From an uncultured virus (IMG/VR IMGVR_UViG_3300029305_011619) (Duplodnaviria; Heunggongvirae; Uroviricota; Caudoviricetes), in IMG/VR virus record IMGVR_UViG_3300029305_011619: a DNA stretch of 20,000 bases; one strand, given 5' to 3'. This document shows, piece after piece, positions 6,969-16,167 of the stretch. Position 1 is the stretch's first letter; each line of letters opens with the position of its first letter. The notes beneath the pieces are model-generated. The model had not been told where the DNA came from. It ran no database searches and worked only from the letters and a program-made list of their open reading frames with translations. Position numbers and translations under genes: made by a program.

Positions 6969-7640
6969 ATGACAAGTAAATGGGATATGAAACAGTATAT
7001 CAAGAAAAATCCTGACAAGTTCCCCTACTTATACAAGGAAGATGAAGATGCTTTGTATGGTAAAGATGATAATAATTATATCTGTTCATTAGATACATTT
7101 CTTGAAGTTTTTCGTAAAAAAGCAGGGGAATCTTTTGAGTGTATATACGACGAACATGCTTCCCTATTTTCTGTTATTAGATGTACTGAGTGTGGTACGG
7201 TTATCTTTACGCACGATGACGAAAGGTATGAGCTTCATCTGAGGTGTCCGACTTGCACTGATTATAAGACTGCATTTACATACTGGACAAAAGAAGATAT
7301 TGAATCTGACGAAGCCAAAAAGTCACAAGTTGAACTTTATGAGTCGATGGGTAAAGCGCAAGACGAAGCTTATGAGCGCCGAAAGAAAAGAAACGGAAAA
7401 TACGACTGGGAAATTGGAAGTTTCAAAATCAAGTTCAAACTGCTTACTGCGAAATTTTCTTTGGAATGTAACGACATTACTGAATCTTATATAAAGGGCT
7501 TAAGATTGGATGTTAATATCTGGAAAAAAGAAACTCCAGATGATCCCTGTAGCACGTTTTATAAAGGTTTTGTTATTCCTTTAAGTTGGTCACAGTTGAA
7601 ACTTAGATTTAGGATATGGGACGAAAGGAGAAAAAAATGA
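6969..7640 (+). CDS. Hypothetical protein with CxxC..CxxC zinc-ribbon motif
   Basis: CTECG..CPTC; start placed at ATG 6969 after aaggggt. Confidence 0.75.
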   Translation: MTSKWDMKQYIKKNPDKFPYLYKEDEDALYGKDDNNYICSLDTFLEVFRKKAGESFECIYDEHASLFSVIRCTECGTVIFTHDDERYELHLRCPTCTDYKTAFTYWTKEDIESDEAKKSQVELYESMGKAQDEAYERRKKRNGKYDWEIGSFKIKFKLLTAKFSLECNDITESYIKGLRLDVNIWKKETPDDPCSTFYKGFVIPLSWSQLKLRFRIWDERRKK

Positions 7641-7915
7641 AGCCAGTATTTAAGTGTGATTATTGCTCTATGATGGGTACTGAAGAAAAAATTAGAGAGC
7701 ACGAGCCTAAGTGTACGGATAATTATGACAGGAAAAGTTGTTATACCTGTCAACATAAAAAATTAAGCTCAAAAGATAAGAAATGGATTTACAAATGTAA
7801 AGCAGGTAAGGAAATCCCAGAAGGAAAAATCTTTGAATTTTGTGACTTATATATAAGAAAAAACAAATCTGAGGATCAGATAACAGATTTGTTTAAAGAT
7901 ATGTTTAGTCTTTAA
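7637..7915 (+). CDS. Cys-rich hypothetical protein
   Basis: CDYC..HEPKC..CYTC; aaggag RBS before ATG 7637. Confidence 0.75.
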   Translation: MKPVFKCDYCSMMGTEEKIREHEPKCTDNYDRKSCYTCQHKKLSSKDKKWIYKCKAGKEIPEGKIFEFCDLYIRKNKSEDQITDLFKDMFSL

Positions 7916-7936
7916 AGAAAGGTTTTATGGTGATTT

Positions 7937-8362
7937 ATGAAGATAGATAAGATAGAAATAACAAAAGATCAGGCGGAAGCACTTAAAGATTTGATAGATA
8001 TTTGGTTCTTTCGAGAAGTTAGAGAAAATGAGGATATAGATAATACGATGTGGGCTTGGAATATTCTTGATATTTATAAACAATGTCAGGAAATCATTGA
8101 CGGCTATAATACGAAAGCACAACCATCCAATCCCGAAAACAATATTGCAGAAAATAGCGATGACATTATCGACGAATTATTAGAAGTTCATCTCAAGGTA
8201 AAAACAAAGTCTTGTAAAAACAAAATGCTTTCTTGGTTTAATTTTAAAAATTCGGAAGATACATTTGTTGAATTGTTTGGGGACGATAAAGAAAATCCAA
8301 AGAAGAAACTATCGTTCTCTATGAAGTGTGATGGTTATGATACATGTATTAGTGATGTGTAA
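7937..8362 (+). CDS. Hypothetical protein
   Basis: 141-aa ORF in an operon-like run. Confidence 0.7.
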   Translation: MKIDKIEITKDQAEALKDLIDIWFFREVRENEDIDNTMWAWNILDIYKQCQEIIDGYNTKAQPSNPENNIAENSDDIIDELLEVHLKVKTKSCKNKMLSWFNFKNSEDTFVELFGDDKENPKKKLSFSMKCDGYDTCISDV

Positions 8363-8374
8363 AAGGGTGGTTTT

Positions 8375-8755
8375 ATGAATAAAACATTTATATTTTTACT
8401 GATGATATTTTGCCATATCGTAGATGACTATTATCTACAGGGTTGGCTTGCATCAGCAAAACAAAAGAAGTATTGGGCAGAAAATGCTCCTGATAAGATG
8501 TATAGGTACGATTACATATGTGCTTTGATTATTCATAGTTTTAGTTGGGCGTTTATGATTATGCTTCCGGTTGCATTCTTTATAAACTTTAATATCAATT
8601 TGGGGTTTGTAGCGATGTTTGTATGGAATGTTATGATTCATGGCGTTACAGATGATGCTAAAGCAAACAAAAAGAAGATTAATTTAATCCAAGATCAAAT
8701 AATTCATCTTGCTCAGATTGTTTTAACATTTTTATTTTTAGTTGTTGGATTTTAA
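8375..8755 (+). CDS. DUF3307-like membrane protein
   Basis: HIVDDYYLQ, IHS, IHGVTD, DQIIH pattern with hydrophobic helices. Confidence 0.75.
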   Translation: MNKTFIFLLMIFCHIVDDYYLQGWLASAKQKKYWAENAPDKMYRYDYICALIIHSFSWAFMIMLPVAFFINFNINLGFVAMFVWNVMIHGVTDDAKANKKKINLIQDQIIHLAQIVLTFLFLVVGF

Positions 8756-8769
8756 AGGAGAATAATTAT

Positions 8770-9006
8770 ATGAAAGTATCAGAAATGATTAAAAACTTGC
8801 AGGATTTTATGGAAGAAAACGGCGATACTGATTGTTATTATGCTTTCGATGATGAGGGTAATGGCTATAAAGAGGTTTATTATAAACCAACTTTGATGCT
8901 TGAAAATCCCTATGGAGATTTATATTCGGTTAAAGAGATTGAAGAAGACGACAGCTTAGATGAAGACGAAAGAGCTGAATTCAAAAAAGTCTGCATTGTG
9001 AACTGA
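8770..9006 (+). CDS. Hypothetical protein (acidic)
   Basis: 78 aa, aaggag RBS. Confidence 0.75.
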   Translation: MKVSEMIKNLQDFMEENGDTDCYYAFDDEGNGYKEVYYKPTLMLENPYGDLYSVKEIEEDDSLDEDERAEFKKVCIVN

Positions 9007-9094
9007 TGAAAGATGATTTTTAAGAAAGTATTAGTGGTAGACTGATTAAGAAATTTGATGTGACTGAAGTTCATAAATAAAGGGGTCGCTGAAT

Positions 9095-9286
9095 ATGAGA
9101 GCAACAGGAATTGTAAGAAGGATTGATGATTTAGGAAGAATTGTAATCCCGAAAGAAGTAAGGAAGAAAGCGTTTGGAACAGAAGAAGATGCTTTAGGAA
9201 AACCTATGGAAATATTTTACCAGTCAAACGGAACGATTATTTTAAAGCCTTATGAATTCAAAGATGAAACAAAATCAGAGTTTTAA
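9095..9286 (+). CDS. AbrB/SpoVT-family DNA-binding protein
   Basis: MRATGIVRRIDDLGRIVIPKEVR matches the AbrB/SpoVT N-terminal signature. Confidence 0.9.
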   Translation: MRATGIVRRIDDLGRIVIPKEVRKKAFGTEEDALGKPMEIFYQSNGTIILKPYEFKDETKSEF

Positions 9287-9300
9287 AAGGAGAAATTGTT

Positions 9301-9588
9301 ATGGAATATAAGATTGGAGAAAAGGTTTGTATTAGCATTGATACAATGATAAACGGTGATGCCGATATGGATTATGTTGATATTATGACAGACCATGACG
9401 GAGACGAAACATTTTATATGTTGCTTAACGAGTTTGGAGAGGTGTGTTGTCTTGACGGAGAAGAATGTACGATAGACCATATTGTAGCCGGAACGGAAGA
9501 TGTTTTCGATTTAGTAAACAATAGTGGAGAAACATCAGTACATTTTATGTTGAGCAAAAATGATTTGGATATTGCGGTATTCAGATAG
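9301..9588 (+). CDS. Hypothetical protein (acidic)
   Basis: 95 aa, aaggag RBS. Confidence 0.75.
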   Translation: MEYKIGEKVCISIDTMINGDADMDYVDIMTDHDGDETFYMLLNEFGEVCCLDGEECTIDHIVAGTEDVFDLVNNSGETSVHFMLSKNDLDIAVFR

Positions 9589-9619
9589 TAATTGAATCAG
9601 GATTTTAAGGAGGTTTAGT

Positions 9620-9841
9620 ATGGGAATAAGAGATAAAAATTATAATTGGGAGCAAGAAGCACTAGATTTTAGTCAAGTAGTCGGACAGGTATTAAAACCA
9701 ATTTTTAATGAGTATAAAGATAAATTTACTTTTGAAGAAATGTATTATCTTGTTTGTACTGAATTTCACGAAATAATTTTGGATGAATGTTTAGGACTTA
9801 AACATCCAGACTCAACATATGCGAGATACATAAAAGAGTGA
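9620..9841 (+). CDS. Hypothetical protein
   Basis: 73 aa, aaggagg RBS. Confidence 0.75.
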   Translation: MGIRDKNYNWEQEALDFSQVVGQVLKPIFNEYKDKFTFEEMYYLVCTEFHEIILDECLGLKHPDSTYARYIKE

Positions 9842-9860
9842 TTTTAAGGAGGAAAATATT

Positions 9861-10337
9861 ATGAGTATGAATACTTGGATTGTATACGGAACCGGTTTTA
9901 ATGTTGATCAAGTAAAACCTTTGACGATGATAGATTTTATCAAGAAACACAAGAAAACATTTTGTCAGAGCGAAACGGAAAATAGAATATACGAGAACTT
10001 AACAGACACAGACGATGGGATTTTTGCTTATAACTATATGGATGATTTCTTTACTGATTATGGTTATTCATGTGAATGTTCAGGATACGAAGGGTTTGGA
10101 GCAGTTATTTCAAACATAATGAGTAGAGAGACTGGAATTAGATTTGAGTTTCAGCGAGGTTGTGACGATTGTGGCAGTGAGCCTTCAGTTTTATTTTCAG
10201 ATGCACCTATTTGGTGTTATAACGAAACGGAAAAATGCTTGACAGAAGACGAGTTTATGGAAATTTGTGATAAGTATATGCAAGAACTTGAAATTGAGGG
10301 CAGAGCAGAATTTTTAAGCCTTGAGTATTACGGATAA
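9861..10337 (+). CDS. Hypothetical protein
   Basis: 158 aa, aaggagg RBS. Confidence 0.8.
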   Translation: MSMNTWIVYGTGFNVDQVKPLTMIDFIKKHKKTFCQSETENRIYENLTDTDDGIFAYNYMDDFFTDYGYSCECSGYEGFGAVISNIMSRETGIRFEFQRGCDDCGSEPSVLFSDAPIWCYNETEKCLTEDEFMEICDKYMQELEIEGRAEFLSLEYYG

Positions 10338-10370
10338 AAAACAATAAAATCGGAATTTTAGGAGGTAATT

Positions 10371-10541
10371 ATGGGTTATCGGCACGAAATTAAAGTTACA
10401 TTTGAGGATGGAGATTTTCTTTACACAACAATAAACGGAAGTAAAGAAGATATCAGAACGTATTATGTTGGAAAGTTCTTTAACTGCGGAACGGTTGAGG
10501 ATAAAATGAAAAAATGTGTTAGTATTGAATTTTTGAATTGA
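10371..10541 (+). CDS. Small hypothetical protein (56 aa, not in ORF track)
   Basis: aggaggt RBS; MGYRHEIKVTFEDGD...; fills the gap between neighbours. Confidence 0.7.
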   Translation: MGYRHEIKVTFEDGDFLYTTINGSKEDIRTYYVGKFFNCGTVEDKMKKCVSIEFLN

Positions 10542-10554
10542 TAGGTGATAGATT

Positions 10555-10830
10555 ATGAATGAATTCAAGGTAGGAGACAGAGTTATCGGAACGGGAATCT
10601 CTTATAGTCTTAATATTGAAGGATATGTCGGTACTGTACGTAGTGTCGATAGTGACTATGATTCCATACTAGTTTATTTCGACGAAGAGTTTGATGATTC
10701 TCTTCATTCGTTTGATAATAGATGCTGGTATGTAGGTAGTGAAGAAATTGAATTATATTTCGACGAGTCCGATTCAGAACAATATATTTATACAATTAAT
10801 CAAGAATCATTCAATAATATCATCGGGTAA
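10555..10830 (+). CDS. SH3/KOW-like small protein, paralog A
   Basis: FKVGDRV..G.VG.V..LVYFDE.F..LH..RCW.V pattern, shared with the 11946 and 12435 ORFs. Confidence 0.7.
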   Translation: MNEFKVGDRVIGTGISYSLNIEGYVGTVRSVDSDYDSILVYFDEEFDDSLHSFDNRCWYVGSEEIELYFDESDSEQYIYTINQESFNNIIG

Positions 10831-10846
10831 ATTATTGGGGTGAGTT

Positions 10847-10996
10847 ATGGATAACGAAATTGTTGTTTTAACCTTTACAAAAGATGAAATCCGTAGGCTT
10901 GTTATTGGAACAGGGATGAAAATAACAAATAACGATAGCTTACAGACAGCTGTTAAGATTGCACTTGGAGCTTTTATGTCAAACATTAAAGAATAA
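10847..10996 (+). CDS. Small hypothetical protein (49 aa)
   Basis: ggggtg RBS; MDNEIVVLTFTK... Confidence 0.55.
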   Translation: MDNEIVVLTFTKDEIRRLVIGTGMKITNNDSLQTAVKIALGAFMSNIKE

Positions 10997-11017
10997 TTAT
11001 ACATATGAGGTGACTAC

Positions 11018-11173
11018 ATGAAAGAAATTGTAAAAGAATTACAAGAATACTGCGCTGAATACACCAACTTCATAGAAAGCTTTGGCAATGAATGTGCTTA
11101 TACTGATCGTTTAGTTGAGAAAATCATTAACAAGGCAGAAGATTTAAAAAATAAGTATAATAAAGAGGTTTAG
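11018..11173 (+). CDS. Small hypothetical protein (51 aa)
   Basis: gaggtg RBS; MKEIVKELQEYC... Confidence 0.6.
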   Translation: MKEIVKELQEYCAEYTNFIESFGNECAYTDRLVEKIINKAEDLKNKYNKEV

Positions 11174-11187
11174 GGAGGAGTTTTACT

Positions 11188-11817
11188 ATGTTTACAGATT
11201 ATGAAATTCGCGATAGTTACAACGAAGATACTGCGGGTAGAAAGTACCATGCTCCAATTGTATCGTCTAAAACATTGCCTTTTAAAACAGAAAAGCCTAA
11301 AACAACTGCAGATTTCTCTCTTAATAAACCTATGTCGTTTAATGAATTTTTAAAGCTCAGTGACGACCTGCAGAAGATGTACCTTTCTTCTTTGCATACC
11401 AAATTCAATGCGAATGCAACAGATATCAGATTGATGTTTGGAGTTAGTAAAACTTGTTTTAATATGAGGGTTATCAGACGTCTTAAACTTCAAGGTACTT
11501 TTGAAAAAGGTAAAAGAATGCCTTCTGAGGATAGAGAAAAATGGAATGAGTTTTTAGGTATCAATACAAATGCACAAGACAGTAAAAAAGATGTAGTAGT
11601 TGTACCTAAAAATCAACAATCTCATGAAACCAGCCAAGAATCCAATAAAACAGTATCGGCTCCTACTAAATTTAGTATGGATGCAATGAGCACTTCTATG
11701 ACATTACAAGGTAATATGAATGCAAGCGAAATCGCCAATCGGTTATCTGCGATTATTCCTGATGGGGTTAAATGCAGTATAACAATTCATATTACAAGAA
11801 GTGAGGAGGTAGTGTAA
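11188..11817 (+). CDS. Hypothetical protein (possible HTH-like region)
   Basis: 209 aa, ggagg RBS. The ATDIRLMFGVSKT segment is weakly HTH-like. Confidence 0.75.
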   Translation: MFTDYEIRDSYNEDTAGRKYHAPIVSSKTLPFKTEKPKTTADFSLNKPMSFNEFLKLSDDLQKMYLSSLHTKFNANATDIRLMFGVSKTCFNMRVIRRLKLQGTFEKGKRMPSEDREKWNEFLGINTNAQDSKKDVVVVPKNQQSHETSQESNKTVSAPTKFSMDAMSTSMTLQGNMNASEIANRLSAIIPDGVKCSITIHITRSEEVV

Positions 11818-11945
11818 ATGACGCCAAATCAGTTTTGTCATCTCAACACATCGATGTTATTTATCAATGGCTGGATAAGCCTATGGAAAACTATTTATAA
11901 AACCCGTGTTTTATAATTCATTTTAGGTATAATTTGGAGGATATA

Positions 11946-12212
11946 ATGAAAATTGGTACAAGAGTAATTGGCGTTGGAAGCTTCGAGAACGTTACCATCG
12001 ATGGACAGCACGGTATTATTATTAACCAAGAGTATATAGATGGTAGTGTAAGGTATAAAGTCTTGTTCGATAAAAGGTTTGATAAACTATTACATAGCAA
12101 ATGGATGAGGTGTTGGATTGTGAAACCAGAAAATCTTATTAAAGAGGAATCAGAGGTTTTCCCGCAAGAAGAATTTAATATCGAAAAGGCATTATTTGAA
12201 TTACTAGTCTAA
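11946..12212 (+). CDS. SH3/KOW-like small protein, paralog B
   Basis: MKIGTRV..IDGQHG.I..VLFDKRF..LH..RCWIV; ggagg RBS. Confidence 0.7.
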   Translation: MKIGTRVIGVGSFENVTIDGQHGIIINQEYIDGSVRYKVLFDKRFDKLLHSKWMRCWIVKPENLIKEESEVFPQEEFNIEKALFELLV

Positions 12213-12219
12213 TAGGGAG

Positions 12220-12432
12220 ATGGATATAATGAAGAAGTTTATTGTTATTATAGAAGAGCATATCTCACAGAAGTTTCAAGTAGAAGCAGAAACATTAGAA
12301 GAAGCTATGCAGACTGCAGAGAAAAAATATCATAACGGGGAGTTTGTTGTAGAGCCAAGTACTCCTACAGCAAGGCTTATGGGAGCCCATACTGATGACT
12401 TCTCTGAGTATTCTGAGTGGAAGGAGTTTTAG
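12220..12432 (+). CDS. DpnD/PcfM-like small protein
   Basis: KKF.V.IEE..S..F.VEAETLEEA...AE.KY..GE.V pattern. Confidence 0.6.
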   Translation: MDIMKKFIVIIEEHISQKFQVEAETLEEAMQTAEKKYHNGEFVVEPSTPTARLMGAHTDDFSEYSEWKEF

Positions 12433-12434
12433 GT

Positions 12435-12722
12435 ATGGAATACAGCGTAGGAGATATAGTTGTATGTACTGGCGTGTATGATAAGTTAGATATAGACGGT
12501 CGTGTCGGTAAAATTGTTGGCTTTTTACACGATGATAAAGTATTAGTTGAATTTAATGAAAGATTTAGTCCGTCATTACATAAAGGAAATGCTACAGTTC
12601 AAGGCAAAAGAAATTCATGCTGGTTTGTTCCATTTGATAGGATTAGTAAGACTGGTATATATAATGAAGATTCTTATACATACAATGTTGATTTAGAAGT
12701 ATTTAATCAATTAATTACATAG
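12435..12722 (+). CDS. SH3/KOW-like small protein, paralog C
   Basis: YSVGDIV..IDGRVGKIV..VLVEFNERF..LH..CWFV; aaggag RBS. Confidence 0.7.
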   Translation: MEYSVGDIVVCTGVYDKLDIDGRVGKIVGFLHDDKVLVEFNERFSPSLHKGNATVQGKRNSCWFVPFDRISKTGIYNEDSYTYNVDLEVFNQLIT

Positions 12723-12740
12723 TAATAACGAGGTTTTTAT

Positions 12741-12926
12741 ATGTTAAAAGAATATACGGTGGTTGTTGACGCAGTTCTTTCAGGAGAAGTGAAAGTTAAA
12801 GCTAAAAGTAGAGACGAGGCAATTAGTATTGTAAATAATATGTACCAGTCAGGTTCATTTACACCGGAAGAACAACAAGTAGACATCTACACAAAACAGT
12901 TTTGTTTATCTACAGAATATCGGTAA
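12741..12926 (+). CDS. DpnD/PcfM-like small protein
   Basis: KEYTV.V...LS..VKVKAKSRDEAI..V..MY..G pattern. Confidence 0.55.
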   Translation: MLKEYTVVVDAVLSGEVKVKAKSRDEAISIVNNMYQSGSFTPEEQQVDIYTKQFCLSTEYR

Positions 12927-12938
12927 AGGAGATAAAAT

Positions 12939-13382
12939 ATGAAAGAATTTTCAATTCTTGTTTTTGAAGGAGCGAATTTTTATTTAAGTAATTTCTATAA
13001 CGCTCCTGTAATGTATGAAGGAATCTTATACCAGAATAACGAGGCTGCATTTCAATCAGCAAAAACATTAGATATGTCTAAAAGACGGTATTTTGCTAAA
13101 TTGAATCCTTCTGATGCAAAGAAAGAAGGACGAAGAATTAAGTTAAGAGAGGACTGGGAACACGTCAAATTCGATGTTATGTATCAAATTTGTCTTGATA
13201 AATTCCAGCGAAACGAGGAACTTCGGAAGAAGTTGCTATCAACAAAAGATGCATATCTTGTAGAGGGCAATACATGGCACGATAATTGTTGGGGTAATTG
13301 TCATTGCCAGAAATGTATAGATATCCCCGGTGACAACTTATTAGGGCAAATACTTATGAAAGTTCGAGAAGAACTGCGATAA
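12939..13382 (+). CDS. NADAR family protein (YbiA/RibX-like)
   Basis: YLSNFY, NEAAFQSAK, AKKEGR, DWE..K..VM, KF.RN, LVEGN.W.D..WG, G.NLLG.ILM.VR. Confidence 0.9.
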   Translation: MKEFSILVFEGANFYLSNFYNAPVMYEGILYQNNEAAFQSAKTLDMSKRRYFAKLNPSDAKKEGRRIKLREDWEHVKFDVMYQICLDKFQRNEELRKKLLSTKDAYLVEGNTWHDNCWGNCHCQKCIDIPGDNLLGQILMKVREELR

Positions 13383-13396
13383 GAGGGAAGTAAGTT

Positions 13397-13669
13397 ATGA
13401 AGTTTTTTCTTTCGAATTTATTAAAAATGAGAAAAGGCAGATTAGTATGTGTTACCGTACCAGACTGCTTTTTAGGGTACGTAAGAATATTAAAGAATCG
13501 AATTTACAAATGGTATGTTGAAATTGTTGATGTTAGCACGTGTTATCCATCTCAAGAACCAATAAATCCAGGTGAAAGAATGTGGTTAACATATAATGAT
13601 TTATACAAAGAAGGAAATAATATACAAAAGAGTAAGAAAAAATATATTGATGACGAGTTGCCATTTTAA
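13397..13669 (+). CDS. Hypothetical protein
   Basis: 90 aa; ends in DDELPF, an SSB-like acidic tail. Confidence 0.6.
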   Translation: MKFFLSNLLKMRKGRLVCVTVPDCFLGYVRILKNRIYKWYVEIVDVSTCYPSQEPINPGERMWLTYNDLYKEGNNIQKSKKKYIDDELPF

Positions 13670-13681
13670 TTAGGAGGAATT

Positions 13682-13840
13682 ATGAAAGATAAGATTATTT
13701 TGTACGCAGATGAATTCCCAGATGAAGTATGGAGTGACTATTGTGAAATTTGCGATGTTCCAGAAACAGCGTGTCAAATCACAATATTTTTCGACAGTAA
13801 AGAAGTAGAATATAAAGAATATGGTGAAGATGATGAATAA
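13682..13840 (+). CDS. Small acidic hypothetical protein (52 aa)
   Basis: aggagg RBS; MKDKIILYADEFPDEVW... Confidence 0.65.
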   Translation: MKDKIILYADEFPDEVWSDYCEICDVPETACQITIFFDSKEVEYKEYGEDDE

Positions 13841-13886
13841 TACAAATCCAATGTTGCTTATTGATTTTTACAAGGAGGGATAATCG

Positions 13887-14576
13887 GTGGTTTACATTAC
13901 TGGAGATACGCATCGAGAATTTGATAGAATTAAGAAATTCTGTAAAAAGAACAAAACAACAAAAGATGATATTCTGATTATTACAGGAGACGCCGGTATT
14001 AACTATTTCGGCGGGGAGGATGATAGAGAGCTTAAGAAGGAATTATCTACTCTTCCAATCACAATGGTTTGTGTTAGAGGAAACCACGAACGAAGACCAG
14101 AAGAAATCGAAACTTACCAAATCAAAATGTTTGCCGACGGTATCGTATATTATGAAAAAGATTTTGAAAATTTGTTATTCGCAAAAGACGGAGAGATATA
14201 TACCTTTAACAGCAAAAAATATATGGTAATCGGCGGCGCTTACAGTGTTGATAAACCGCATAGAATTTCGAGAGGATGGCATTGGTTCCCAAATGAGCAG
14301 TTAGACTCCACAGAGAAATCTCTAATCGAAGCTAAACTTGAGTCTATGGATTTACAGATTTACGGTATCTTATCTCATACTTGTCCTCAAAAATTCACAC
14401 CAAAAGAATTATTTCTTCCGGGAATCGATCAATCAAAAGTTGATACATCAATGGAAGATTGGTTGGACTCCATAGAAGATAAATTATCCTACGAAAAGTG
14501 GTATTGTGGACATTATCATACTAATAAAAATGTTAATAAAATGAGGTTTTTATTTACAGATATTATCGAATTATAA
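13887..14576 (+). CDS. Calcineurin-like metallophosphoesterase
   Basis: GDTH, GDAG, RGNHE, SHTCP and GHYH motifs. Confidence 0.92.
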   Translation: MVYITGDTHREFDRIKKFCKKNKTTKDDILIITGDAGINYFGGEDDRELKKELSTLPITMVCVRGNHERRPEEIETYQIKMFADGIVYYEKDFENLLFAKDGEIYTFNSKKYMVIGGAYSVDKPHRISRGWHWFPNEQLDSTEKSLIEAKLESMDLQIYGILSHTCPQKFTPKELFLPGIDQSKVDTSMEDWLDSIEDKLSYEKWYCGHYHTNKNVNKMRFLFTDIIEL

Positions 14577-14589
14577 GAGGTGTTATGTA

Positions 14590-15048
14590 ATGATAATCAA
14601 CGAAAAATCATCGATTTCTCTCATTAAAGACTTCGTACATAAAGAGGTAAAAGCTAATATATCAGACATGACTGAATTTCTATTCGCATGGGGTGATACC
14701 AAATACGCATCGTATGATGAATGGGAGAATATGTATGAGCCGATATGCCCTGTTTGCGGAGAACTTCTGGAGGTTTCAGAGAATTCTCCTATTATTTGTG
14801 ATTGTTGTAATGAAAATATTGACGCAGATTCTGTAAATATGGAGCAGGTAGAAATTTGTGAGTACTGGCTAGTATCGCAGTTCTTGGGTGAAATGCTGCT
14901 TAAGCACGGAGAACCAATATATAAGAGGAATGGTAGTTGGGTATGGGGTCGTAAATGTACAGGACAAGCAATATTTCTCGATGGAGTAATACAAGAAATT
15001 GCTCGTAAGGTTACACTATTAATTTCCGAAGGAGTATATACGGAGTAA
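14590..15048 (+). CDS. Hypothetical protein with zinc-ribbon insert
   Basis: CPVCG..CDCC, followed by EYWLVS..L..HGEP..WVWGR..TGQAI.LD.VI. Confidence 0.75.
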   Translation: MIINEKSSISLIKDFVHKEVKANISDMTEFLFAWGDTKYASYDEWENMYEPICPVCGELLEVSENSPIICDCCNENIDADSVNMEQVEICEYWLVSQFLGEMLLKHGEPIYKRNGSWVWGRKCTGQAIFLDGVIQEIARKVTLLISEGVYTE

Positions 15049-15260
15049 TGACTGTACCTGAATTAGATTTCTATAAATGGAGACAGATGCGCAATCCAAA
15101 TAAATGTATTTGTGGAAGCTGTGATATTGAAATTGCGGAATCGTATCCCCATTTTACGATTCGATGTAAAAAATGCAATAGGGAAATAAAAAGAAAAACT
15201 TATAAGAGTGCAGAAAAAGCGTGGAACAAAAATAATCCGAGTAAAGGTGGTGGCGAATAA
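15048..15260 (+). CDS. Lar (restriction alleviation)-like zinc-finger protein
   Basis: CICG..I.CKKC..A.KAWN pattern. Confidence 0.5.
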   Translation: MTVPELDFYKWRQMRNPNKCICGSCDIEIAESYPHFTIRCKKCNREIKRKTYKSAEKAWNKNNPSKGGGE

Positions 15261-15262
15261 CG

Positions 15263-15412
15263 ATGGATAGATTAAACGCTGAAAAACTTTCTGAAATTGA
15301 AAAAAGACTGGTAATTGTCGAGAATGTATTAAGTAAATTGATTGATATACTAAACAAGAGAGAAGATATGATTGAGGAGTTCTTGGCAAAAAGAAGTAAA
15401 AGGCGGTGTTGA
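15263..15412 (+). CDS. Small coiled-coil-like hypothetical protein (49 aa)
   Basis: MDRLNAEKLSEIEKRL...; fills the gap in a tightly packed run. Confidence 0.5.
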   Translation: MDRLNAEKLSEIEKRLVIVENVLSKLIDILNKREDMIEEFLAKRSKRRC

Positions 15413-15415
15413 GCG

Positions 15416-15679
15416 ATGGAAGAAAATAGACTGACTTTTGTAGAATATCATTTTAGTAAAAAATTATCTCATATTGATAAGTGTAAAATAGCAGTACATT
15501 TTTCAAACGACTATAAGGTTGATGAAATGTTTTTATTACAGCATAAAAGTAACGATATGCGTATCCAGATAGAAAAATATCGAATAATCTTTTTTGATAT
15601 GAATGCAAAAGAAGCGTTGAAGAAATATGAAGAAATTGCGATTATTCTATCTATTAAAGATGCCGGAGGTGCTGAGTGA
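15416..15679 (+). CDS. Hypothetical protein
   Basis: 87-aa ORF; stop overlaps the next start. Confidence 0.65.
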   Translation: MEENRLTFVEYHFSKKLSHIDKCKIAVHFSNDYKVDEMFLLQHKSNDMRIQIEKYRIIFFDMNAKEALKKYEEIAIILSIKDAGGAE

Positions 15680-15849
15680 TGGCGAAGCACGGAGAGTGGA
15701 TAAAACTTGATGGTGAGTGGCGAGAGCAAGGTACAAATAAACCACTCATAATACACCAATGTTCTCTCTGCGGTACATTTTATCAAAATGCACCATACAA
15801 CTATTGCCCAAACTGCGGTGCAAAAATGGACGGAAGGAGAGATACATAA
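15679..15849 (+). CDS. Phage zinc-ribbon protein (56 aa)
   Basis: MAKHGEW..CSLCG..YCPNCGAKMDG; ggaggt RBS; TGATG coupling. Confidence 0.75.
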   Translation: MAKHGEWIKLDGEWREQGTNKPLIIHQCSLCGTFYQNAPYNYCPNCGAKMDGRRDT

Positions 15850-15995
15850 TGGCTGAAAGTGTTACAAGATTTAGATTGTGTGGAACTGAGTGGCGTTACT
15901 GTAATGGATTTTGCGCTCAGTGTCCTTTGTCCAAATTAGAGTATTCTACAACTACGAGCACACCAAAAAAAGAGAGGTGTGCGGACAATGACTGA
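15849..15995 (+). CDS. Small Cys-rich protein
   Basis: MAESVTRFRLCG..CNGFCAQC; aaggag RBS; TAATG coupling. Confidence 0.6.
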   Translation: MAESVTRFRLCGTEWRYCNGFCAQCPLSKLEYSTTTSTPKKERCADND

Positions 15996-16167
15996 TATGA
16001 CAAATTATGAAAAAATGAAAAATATGAGCGTTACAGAAATGACTGCTTTCATAACAAAACTTGCATTTTCCCCTTGTGAGTTGTGCGAAAGAGAACATAA
16101 TGCAAGTTGCACACACGAAGATTGTTTTAATATTCACAAACAATGGCTTGAAAGTGAGGCTGAATAA
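15988..16167 (+). CDS. Small phage protein (MTNYEK.K.MS..EM..WL family pattern)
   Basis: gaggtg RBS; Cys cluster; ends WLESEAE. Confidence 0.7.
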   Translation: MTDMTNYEKMKNMSVTEMTAFITKLAFSPCELCEREHNASCTHEDCFNIHKQWLESEAE

